Positions 39,097 to 46,643 are shown, counted from the first letter of the stretch. The stretch is 49,367 nt of DNA from a virus (IMGVR_UViG_3300043394_000752:1-49367); one strand, 5' to 3'. Notes: generated from the letters alone by a model not told the origin. Numbers and translations: made by a program.

Positions 39097-41169
39097 TTAC
39101 ACACCCATTAATTTTCCTGTTTGTTCATACGAAGTCATAAAGTCTTCGAATTTGAAGTAGGTGTCAACATTAGAATCTAATGTTACTTGTCTACCTCTTC
39201 CCTCAACGTGTAATAGAACTAAATCATATACACTTACCTTTGGTGGTTTTGCATATTGCTCAATCATCTTCAAAGTATTCTTAACGTCACCTCTTGCTGT
39301 AACTGCGCCATCAGAATCAATATCTAACATAATGTATTCCTTAGTGTATAAATCAATAATAGCAATTAATGTATTAGATGATTCAGATTCCAATAATTGT
39401 GCATTAACCATAGTCTCTGGCAACCAAGTTTTATTTGATTCTGGGAATTCTCTTTCCATAATACCAAACATTGATTCCACAGATTTCAATGATCGACCAT
39501 TGTAGTTTCTCACATCAATGATCGCGTATTTAGCTCCACGTGATTTTGCATCAGCAATATCAATATCAATATACTCAGCACAAGCCCCTTGTCTATGTCT
39601 AACGTCACCAGAGTGAACAGAATTACCATGTTTCATATTACTGAAAGAAAGTACATTAGTTGAATCACCAACAAAAGTAACACTTAAATCCAAATCTTCA
39701 TTACCAGTTTTGTCGAACCAGTGAATAAACGGTCTAATAACTTTCGCATTAGGGTTATCCAATGGCGTTCTTTGACCACGTAAAATTGGTTTAGTTGTGA
39801 AGTTCATACTTCTCATATTTGTTGGTAACGGAATCTTTTTCAATTCTTCATCAATCCAACAATTACCCAATGGTTCTAAAGTTGAAAACTTATCTCTAAG
39901 TGATTCAAACAATTTAGAATGTATCGTTTCAACAATCTCCGGTTTAATGGCAGGTAAAGAAGGTAACTCAGTACGTTTTCTCGCCCCTTTAACCATAACT
40001 GAACGGTTATTATTTGGTTCTAAACGACCTTCGAAATGACCATATACTTCAAACAATACTTTATTAGAAGTTGTTTTCACAGCTTCGTTAAAATACCCAA
40101 GAATTAAATCAAGATCTTTAGGGTTAGTTCTAATTAACCAATCAATTCTACGTGAGAACTCACCTGGTCTTTGTGCAAGAACTTTCAACCCATCTTCCAA
40201 ACTTCTCTTGAATGAATCATCCAATATACCGTACCATGATTTAACTTTCTCATTTCTGATCTTGTTAAATGCAGCGGCCGCTTTTGGAAAACGAGAAGCA
40301 TATTCACCAGGATGTAAAATTTCACCTAAACGAACCCATCTTTGATCTCTAAGAACCATTTCTCTAGCGTCACAATTAGTTTGTTCCAATAAACCTAAAA
40401 GGTATTTTCTCTCTTTACGAGTGAACTTTTTAAATTTAAACAAATCTCTAATTGGGTTAGCTACTTTTTGAGTAGACCAACGACTTGCTCGAACTTCTTT
40501 AAATGGTAATTTAGGTAATGAAATATCCCCACCAGATAATGACACAGCGATTCTTAAAACATCTGTTGTTGTTTTAACCGGCAAACCTTCAATCCCCATC
40601 GATGCCAATGTACAAAGATTCTCTTTGAATGGAATAACATCTGGGAAAACAAGTTTCTCACCGCTATTCACAAACCATTGAATAATTGCCATGTCTTGTG
40701 GCATCAAAGATGTGTTAATAGAAACTAAATCAGTAAAAATTCTTGAAAATCTTTCTTCAGTAGCGTAACCAATCATTGTGTATTTGATGTTCTCAAATTT
40801 AATTGATTTTTCAAATTCAGCAGTTGATGGTTCCCAAGTACCATTTGACCAGTAATGTATGATTGCGTTGAAGTATAATTCAAAGTCACTCATTGACATT
40901 ACTTCTTGTGGAAAGTTTTTGTACAATGGTTTATATTCACGTTTACCACCTAAAATATTATTTAAGTACGCGATTACTTCATTGTTGAAGTTTTCAATAA
41001 CCGATAAATCTGATTTTGCTAATTCTGCGAATGCGTCTTGATCTAACATGTAACCCAATCCCATTAAGTGTGATTGTACTGTTGCTACAGCTATTCTATT
41101 ATCCATCCCGTCGTTAGATGGTACTACAAGACCTTTTTGTAAGGCGACGATGTTTTTTGTCAATTCCAT
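39097..41169 (-). CDS. helical ROT/TROVE-like repeat protein with C-terminal TerD domain (MXAN_6230/SCO0854-like, no RING finger evident)
   Basis: PLYKNFP..V, KENL, T.TDVLR.A..LSGGD, W.RLGE.LHPGE, RPGEF.RR.D, and TerD motifs HW...DLDLS, HSGD, AEYIDID; promoter TACATTTG at 41215-41222. Confidence 0.75.
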   Translation of the reverse strand: MELTKNIVALQKGLVVPSNDGMDNRIAVATVQSHLMGLGYMLDQDAFAELAKSDLSVIENFNNEVIAYLNNILGGKREYKPLYKNFPQEVMSMSDFELYFNAIIHYWSNGTWEPSTAEFEKSIKFENIKYTMIGYATEERFSRIFTDLVSINTSLMPQDMAIIQWFVNSGEKLVFPDVIPFKENLCTLASMGIEGLPVKTTTDVLRIAVSLSGGDISLPKLPFKEVRASRWSTQKVANPIRDLFKFKKFTRKERKYLLGLLEQTNCDAREMVLRDQRWVRLGEILHPGEYASRFPKAAAAFNKIRNEKVKSWYGILDDSFKRSLEDGLKVLAQRPGEFSRRIDWLIRTNPKDLDLILGYFNEAVKTTSNKVLFEVYGHFEGRLEPNNNRSVMVKGARKRTELPSLPAIKPEIVETIHSKLFESLRDKFSTLEPLGNCWIDEELKKIPLPTNMRSMNFTTKPILRGQRTPLDNPNAKVIRPFIHWFDKTGNEDLDLSVTFVGDSTNVLSFSNMKHGNSVHSGDVRHRQGACAEYIDIDIADAKSRGAKYAIIDVRNYNGRSLKSVESMFGIMEREFPESNKTWLPETMVNAQLLESESSNTLIAIIDLYTKEYIMLDIDSDGAVTARGDVKNTLKMIEQYAKPPKVSVYDLVLLHVEGRGRQVTLDSNVDTYFKFEDFMTSYEQTGKLMGV

Positions 41170-41263
41170 GTTGTAAAATTATGTTGTTAATTATTGTTGT
41201 TGTAATGTTGTGTGCAAATGTAAAACACTTTTTCCGAAAAACAAAGCGTTTTTTAAAAAAAAA

Positions 41264-41689
41264 TTAAAAATTTTCTCTTTTTAAATCTCTTTCAATATCT
41301 TTCTTCTTGATACTCTGGCGTTTATCATATAATTTTTTTCCTTTCCCTAATATGATTTCTAACTTAGCAAACCCGTTTTCGTTAAGAAATATTCGGTAAG
41401 GGATGATAGACAAACCATCTACTAAATCATTATTTAAAGATTTTAATTCTTTTTTATTCAATAATAATTTACGATCTCTTGTTGCGTTGGGAGCGAAAAC
41501 AACACCATCATTTGATATGTTCATTCCCTTAACGAATAATTCATTTTCTTTAAAGAAACAAAAGGTATCTACCATGGATACCTTACCAGCACGAATTGAT
41601 TTGATCTCACTTCCAAATAATTTCATGCCGGCGGTAAATGTTTCAATTACTTCATATTCGAATTTAACTTTTCTATTTATGATATCCAT
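41264..41689 (-). CDS. smpB: SsrA-binding protein SmpB
   Basis: NRK..FEY...E...AG..L.GSEIKSIR.G, R.RKLLL.K.E, GKK.YDKR; start at MDIINRK. Confidence 0.95.
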   Translation of the reverse strand: MDIINRKVKFEYEVIETFTAGMKLFGSEIKSIRAGKVSMVDTFCFFKENELFVKGMNISNDGVVFAPNATRDRKLLLNKKELKSLNNDLVDGLSIIPYRIFLNENGFAKLEIILGKGKKLYDKRQSIKKKDIERDLKRENF

Positions 41690-41712
41690 TGTTTCAAGTT
41701 TATTATTAATTG

Positions 41713-41798
41713 CGGAAAGTGAGAGGCTCGAACTCTCGCGGCTGTTACACCCTATCACGTTAGCAATGTGACCCCTTCACCAACTTGGGTAACTTTCC
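41713..41798 (-). tRNA. tRNA-Ser(GCT)
   Basis: Cloverleaf, loop UUGCUAA, long variable arm. Confidence 0.9.
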
Positions 41799-41803
41799 TT
41801 TTG

Positions 41804-41875
41804 TTATCCGACCAGGACTCGAACCTGGAACGACTGTACCAAAAACAGTTGTGTTAACCATTACACCATCGGACA
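41804..41875 (-). tRNA. tRNA-Gln(TTG)
   Basis: Cloverleaf, loop UUUUGGU. Confidence 0.9.
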
Positions 41876-41950
41876 ATAAAGCCAATCCCGTAGATTGGCC
41901 GCTCAACTTACGGTATTGAGTTTGAGGGAACAAGTCCCATACCACGTCCT

Positions 41951-42595
41951 TTACCCTTTGGGCACCGACAATTTATTTATTCTACCTAACCACCAATTAT
42001 TTGGGATAATGTCACCTTTTTTTATTTTTTTATTCTCAATCCCATTTGTAATCCAACAACTACCATATTGTGAATTATTTTCACCCTTTTGTTTTATTGA
42101 ATTAGCTTCACCAATTTTTCTTTTAGTTTCTTCTCTATGTTTTTTACCGGACCAATTATCTTTATATTTTAATATACCTTTTTCCCATAATTCTTTTGAA
42201 TGTTTGGATTTCCATTCTGATTTTCTTTTTCTAAAATCTTCATCTTTCCAAATAATTTCTAACATTCTTTTAGCCCCTTTTTTATAAGCTTCTACCGATA
42301 TAAATCCACCTTCACCACCAAAGGCTAGGTTAAGACATTTTTCATCTTGTAAAAGTTCTTCATTAACTAATTCTTTTTCTCTTTCTTTTAAACTAATTCT
42401 ATCAGGTAAAAATTCTAAAATTTCACATTTAAAATTCTTTTTACCATATTTGTTTATTGAATACCATAATTGTTTACCACTACCGATATATCCGTCGTTC
42501 AAATTATCAGTTGAGTGCATTCCAATATAATATTTCTCATTTATTAAATTTGTTGTTTTATAAATGTAATGATAATCCTTTTGTCTTCTTGGCAT
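41951..42595 (-). mobile_element. Seg-like GIY-YIG homing endonuclease with NUMOD3
   Basis: YIYKTTNLIN.KYYIG.H, Y.GSG, E..L, N...GG.GG, GKKH.EETK. Confidence 0.88.
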
Positions 42596-42645
42596 TTACT
42601 ATTCTTTAATAATAAATACCAAGAAAAAGAACAAAAGTTCCACGG

Positions 42646-42718
42646 AGCAGAAGACGGGGCTCGAACCCGCAACAACTAGATTGGAAGTCTAGAACTCTAC
42701 CAATTGAGCTACTTCTGC
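42646..42718 (-). tRNA. tRNA-Gly(TCC)
   Basis: Cloverleaf, loop CUUCCAA. Confidence 0.92.
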
Positions 42719-42805
42719 GTTTTAAGATGAACATCGGACTTTTAATACCGATATGAGAACTTTTAATTGCAATCACTAACACCGTGTGTGTTCTATTCAT
42801 CTTAG

Positions 42806-42880
42806 TAGAAAGTATAGGATTCGAACCTATGACCCCCTCGGTGTAAACGAGGTGCTCTGAACCAACTGAGCTAACTTTCC
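42806..42880 (-). tRNA. tRNA-Val(TAC)
   Basis: Cloverleaf, loop UUUACAC. Confidence 0.92.
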
Positions 42881-42888
42881 AAATTTTG

Positions 42889-42962
42889 TGGACCAAACAG
42901 GGCTCGAACCTGTGACCTTGTCGTTATGAGCGACCTGCTCTAACCATCTGAGCTATAAGTCC
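42889..42962 (-). tRNA. tRNA with CAT anticodon, probably Ile2 (lysidine type)
   Basis: Cloverleaf, loop CUCAUAA; Ile-like GGACUUAUAGCUCAG body; identity inferred. Confidence 0.8.
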
Positions 42963-42968
42963 AAATTA

Positions 42969-43628
42969 TTATCTTTGCTCATCATCCCTTAGAACAAATT
43001 CAATTATGGTGAAAAATAAATCTTCATCATCATAGATCTTAATGTCCTCAGGTTTTAAACTGTAAGTACACATATCACAATTCCATAATGAATGAATTAA
43101 ACCATCTTTGAATTCTTTCTCATCACGAATGTTCAATAAATCGATGTTACATTTAAGTGGATTTGGAAGATATTTTTTTTCTAATGACACATAATGTTTA
43201 CGGTATGCTTTCCAATGCTCTTTATTTACTGCCTCATCATGGTTCTTACGATATTTCCCAGTGTTCCACCACTCATCATGTAAACGTTCACTTTCAGCCG
43301 CATCTTCATCTGAAACCTTAATTTGATTACGAGACCTTTGCATATCTGTTGTGATCGTTGGTAAATGTCTTGTTACAATTTCTTCACCAACATAATACCC
43401 AAACTGATACTCTGCCGTTAATCTTTCTTTTGATTCCATTCTTTCCTTCAGTCTTTTCTCCTTGTATTCGGGTGTTCTAATCTCATCAATAATTTTCTTA
43501 AGTGAGGAAGAACGTTCAACTGCTTTTGCAATCTTAACCCCGTGGTCGTTTTTCCATTCTTCAAATGTAAATGTTGAAGTTGGGTTTTTAACCAAAAAAT
43601 CCTTGTACTGTGTTTCTAATGTCGCCAT
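42969..43628 (-). CDS. hypothetical protein
   Basis: 219 aa ORF inside the tRNA cluster. Confidence 0.8.
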   Translation of the reverse strand: MATLETQYKDFLVKNPTSTFTFEEWKNDHGVKIAKAVERSSSLKKIIDEIRTPEYKEKRLKERMESKERLTAEYQFGYYVGEEIVTRHLPTITTDMQRSRNQIKVSDEDAAESERLHDEWWNTGKYRKNHDEAVNKEHWKAYRKHYVSLEKKYLPNPLKCNIDLLNIRDEKEFKDGLIHSLWNCDMCTYSLKPEDIKIYDDEDLFFTIIEFVLRDDEQR

Positions 43629-43642
43629 AATTTGTTTTTTTG

Positions 43643-43765
43643 TGAGTTACGGGGGATTCGAACCATATGTATCATTACTGCAGTTTTGATAACACTTACT
43701 AACCTCAGTCTTTCGACACCTGGCTTACCGGCAGGCCCTGATTCCCTCATCAGATAGGTAACTCA
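43643..43765 (-). ncRNA. tRNA-like RNA (acceptor stem + T-loop, non-tRNA interior)
   Basis: UGAGUUAC/GUAACUCA closing helix; GGUUCGAAUCC near the 3' end. Confidence 0.55.
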
Positions 43766-43781
43766 TTTTAATTAATAATTG

Positions 43782-43862
43782 TGGGAGCAGTAGGACTCGA
43801 ACCTACGAACTCGGAGAGGGAAGATTTACAGTCTTCTGCAATTGCCGCTATGCGATGCTCCC
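43782..43862 (-). tRNA. tRNA-Tyr(GTA)
   Basis: Cloverleaf, loop CUGUAAA, long variable arm. Confidence 0.92.
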
Positions 43863-43867
43863 ATATC

Positions 43868-44053
43868 AAAGTTTAACCCAGTTTTTAGACCGCTATTAAT
43901 ACCTTTTACCTTTACACTCAAATTACTTCGATACAGGAATCGAACCTGCGACTGGGCCGTCACCCCGTAGTACCACTCTACTAATCTTTTCATTTTACCC
44001 TCAAGAGATAACTTTCGTCTGTCATCTTATTCGACCTTATATGGTTAAACTTT
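43868..44053 (-). ncRNA. candidate Y-RNA-like RNA with internal tRNA-like domain
   Basis: 11-bp terminal helix, GGUCGAAU near the 5' end, D-arm GUAG/CUAC and T-arm GCAGG-UUCGAUU-CCUGU. Confidence 0.55.
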
Positions 44054-44056
44054 TTG

Positions 44057-44128
44057 CTGGCCCGGAAGGAATCGAACCTTCATAAGTTGATTAACAGTCA
44101 ACCGTAATAACCCTTATACGACAGGCCA
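44057..44128 (-). tRNA. tRNA-Asn(GTT)
   Basis: Cloverleaf, loop CUGUUAA. Confidence 0.9.
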
Positions 44129-44135
44129 ATTTTTG

Positions 44136-44216
44136 TACCCAAAGAGAGACTCGAACTCTCACGTCTTTCGACACCGGCTTCTAAGACCGGCGCGGCTACC
44201 ATTACGCCATCTGGGT
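44136..44216 (-). tRNA. tRNA-Leu(TAG)
   Basis: Cloverleaf, loop CUUAGAA, variable arm. Confidence 0.92.
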
Positions 44217-44296
44217 GTGTACGGGTCTTTCCCCGTTTGTCACCTTCCACTGTTTTGTATACATTTTGGTCGCGGAATTGGTTGATCACCATCTCG

Positions 44297-44369
44297 TCTA
44301 AGTGGCAAGGCTCGAACTTGCGGTCTCGTGGTCCCAAACCACGCGGATTACCAACTTTCCCACACCTAG
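44297..44369 (-). tRNA. tRNA-Pro(TGG)
   Basis: Cloverleaf, loop UUUGGGA. Confidence 0.9.
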
Positions 44370-44427
44370 TAGTGGATGAATTATTTTTTTTATGTAGAAT
44401 TCGTCAACCTCAAAACTACCACCGGTG

Positions 44428-44501
44428 TGATCCCATCAGGAATCGAACCTGAAACCTACACATTAGAAGTGTGTTGCTCTATCCAATTGAGCTATGGAAC
44501 C
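44428..44501 (-). tRNA. tRNA-Arg(TCT)
   Basis: Cloverleaf, loop CUUCUAA. Confidence 0.92.
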
Positions 44502-44549
44502 AAAAATGCACTTCCTCCTCTTCGCGAGTATAGTACGAACTAAGCTTCG

Positions 44550-44636
44550 TACCCAGAGCGGGACTTGAACCCGCACGGGCCTTACGGCCCACCAGATTTT
44601 AAGTCTGGCATGTGCTACCAATTTCATCACCTGGGC
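44550..44636 (-). tRNA. tRNA-Leu(TAA)
   Basis: Cloverleaf, loop CUUAAAA, variable arm. Confidence 0.92.
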
Positions 44637-44655
44637 ATTTAAACTTTCTCACAAT

Positions 44656-44677
44656 GTCAAAGAACGATACAAATGTA
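44656..44677 (-). promoter_or_regulatory. host-type promoter followed by a boxA-like antitermination element
   Basis: TACATTTG (44670-44677) then GTTCTTTGAC (44656-44665), just upstream of the tRNA run. Confidence 0.6.
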
Positions 44678-44698
44678 ATAATTTTTCTAACTAAAACA

Positions 44699-44732
44699 AA
44701 AAACCCGAACATTTTTTAATTTGTCCGGGTTT
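44699..44732 (-). terminator. intrinsic terminator / possible attenuator
   Basis: AAACCCGGACA...TGTTCGGGTTTTT. Confidence 0.7.
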
Positions 44733-44753
44733 AAAATATATTATGTATTAAAT

Positions 44754-44864
44754 TTACATTGTATTAATATCCGAACTTATTTGATATAACGGTTGCACAC
44801 CATACCCATTACCACTGTTAAGGGGTCTGTTAGACAATAGTTGTATGTTATTTAAATTCTTCAT
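44754..44864 (-). CDS. 36-aa putative leader peptide (not in ORF track)
   Basis: MKNLNNIQLLSNRPLNSGNGYGVQPLYQISSDINTM between a TATATTTG motif (44882-44889) and the terminator. Confidence 0.45.
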   Translation of the reverse strand: MKNLNNIQLLSNRPLNSGNGYGVQPLYQISSDINTM

Positions 44865-44922
44865 CGTTTAATAAGTATATGCAAATATATTAAAAGTTTC
44901 AATTGAAACCAAATATTTTTTA

Positions 44923-45315
44923 TTATTTTTTATTTTTTTTTATTATTTCTTGCATAACAGCAGGAATATATTCTTTATATAATTCAATTTGTTTCAATTT
45001 AAGACTGACCATTTCCTTTATGTTATCGGATAATTTTTTGATCTTCTCGTACTCATCTTGTGTTAATAAAAACACTTCTTTTGGTTTATTAAACGCAGAC
45101 GGTTTAACCACTTTATTTAATTCAACTATACCAAAATTGTTTGAATCACGGTCAAAGTAGTAAGGTGTTAATCCTTTAGATTTTAAACGAGTAAAATCCA
45201 TGCTACTTAATGTTGTGTCTAATACACGTCTTGATTCCGAATCATCAGATGCCTCTTTTTTATGTTGACCTAATATTTCGTCTTTTTCTTCTTCTGTAAT
45301 TGTAAACTTTGCCAT
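44923..45315 (-). CDS. hypothetical protein with ITEEEK..IL..H leader
   Basis: ATG at 45315 after TATTTAT. Confidence 0.75.
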   Translation of the reverse strand: MAKFTITEEEKDEILGQHKKEASDDSESRRVLDTTLSSMDFTRLKSKGLTPYYFDRDSNNFGIVELNKVVKPSAFNKPKEVFLLTQDEYEKIKKLSDNIKEMVSLKLKQIELYKEYIPAVMQEIIKKNKK

Positions 45316-45450
45316 GCTTATAAATATTAGGTGAATAAAATAATAATTTACAACATGGTGGTCTATCACCTCAACTTTTCACTGATACAGTTTATGTGTG
45401 CCACCACAGGGTTACTAAGTCAATGTCTCTTTAGTTGTAAATTAATTTAG

Positions 45451-45657
45451 TTAATATCTACCATTTCTAAAATATGGTGAGTATGTTCTTCCTCGTCTTA
45501 TTCTCTCCCGACGATTAGGGTATTGTTTATAGTAATATTTCTTTGGATAATTTTGATGTATCCATAATTTTCTTTCGTGAGTTGATAATTTACCCGGTAA
45601 TACCGTACATCCACTCATAAAGGTAATCACAATCAATAATAAAATTAATTTTTTCAT
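45451..45657 (-). CDS. small basic lipoprotein
   Basis: MKKLILLLIVITFMSG-C lipobox. Confidence 0.65.
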   Translation of the reverse strand: MKKLILLLIVITFMSGCTVLPGKLSTHERKLWIHQNYPKKYYYKQYPNRRERIRRGRTYSPYFRNGRY

Positions 45658-45672
45658 ATTAATAATGTTTAG

Positions 45673-45744
45673 TAGCCCTGCCGGGAGTCGAACCCGACTT
45701 TCCAGGATGAAAACCTGGCGACCTAACCGATAGTCGACAGGGCC
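45673..45744 (-). tRNA. tRNA-Glu(TTC)
   Basis: Cloverleaf, loop UUUUCAU. Confidence 0.9.
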
Positions 45745-45952
45745 AATTCGGGACAAAGTTCAGGTAAAACTTATATGTCCCTACTTCTCACTGACGTTTG
45801 AGGCTTCTATTTTAAGTCCGGAAACCTCCTTCGGTAAGGAAATGGACTGGTGTTTTACCATAAACTCCAAAAGGATTTGAATCGCATTACTTTATGTTTT
45901 TTACGTCTCTAAAGTTAACTCACAAACGGGAGCAATGTAAAAAGACGACCTG

Positions 45953-46072
45953 TAATCAGGGTAGGGATCGAACCTACAATAGTACCATACTCGCTTCGGA
46001 TGCCTCCTACAACAACGGATTCGAACCGCATCTCCCAATGCCTTGAGCGCTTTACCATTTCGCCACCTGATC
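45953..46072 (-). ncRNA. tRNA-like RNA whose anticodon arm is replaced by a domain with a second T-loop
   Basis: GAUCAGG/CCUGAUU acceptor, D arm, T arm; internal CGG-UUCGAAU-CCG. Confidence 0.65.
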
Positions 46073-46348
46073 ATAAATGAGCCCGTCTTTCCGAGCAGTC
46101 ATCGTTTTATAAATTTCTCTAGGTAAACTTCATACGATGATGTTCTTAGTTTATCTTCTTGTTATTCAGTACCTACAACGATAAATCGTTTGAATACTTC
46201 AAAGACCAAGTCACCTTGTTTCAGTCAAATTCCGAACCACTTAGTTTTTACCTGTCGAACTTAAAGTTTAACACGGTATATCGGTTAAACACGTAATCGT
46301 TACAAAGAGTAATCTAGATACTAAATCACCCTAAATGTCGTCGAATTG

Positions 46349-46431
46349 CGGAAGAGACAGGATTCGAACCTGCAACCCGTTTCCGAGCGACGGTTTTCAA
46401 GACCGCTCGACAACCAACTGTCCACTCTTCC
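46349..46431 (-). tRNA. tRNA-Ser(TGA)
   Basis: Cloverleaf, loop CUUGAAA, long variable arm. Confidence 0.9.
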
Positions 46432-46643
46432 AATTGTCCCACCTTGAGATTCGAGTGAGTAGATATCCATAGTTTTTCCTATTGAAAAACCCATCGCGTC
46501 TTACCGCTTAAAACGTCACAACTACTGGGAGACTTGTTGACTGTCTTTAGCCCCACGACCCCATCTTTTAAGTTGTTTTGGGCGTCAACTACATCTTTGT
46601 TTAAGAAACGATGTCAAATCTATTGAGTATCTCTTACTCACCG

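Noticed and set aside
43708-43753. Hammerhead ribozyme (CUGAUGAG...CGAAA on the minus strand)
   Set aside because: CUGAU pairs locally with AUCAG, GAAA is the loop of a GUC/GAC hairpin, and stems I-III with a cleavage triplet could not be built
44503-44549. Theta/HDV-like ribozyme after tRNA-Leu (UACUCGC resembles L3)
   Set aside because: No P1 or P3 partner strands found by eye
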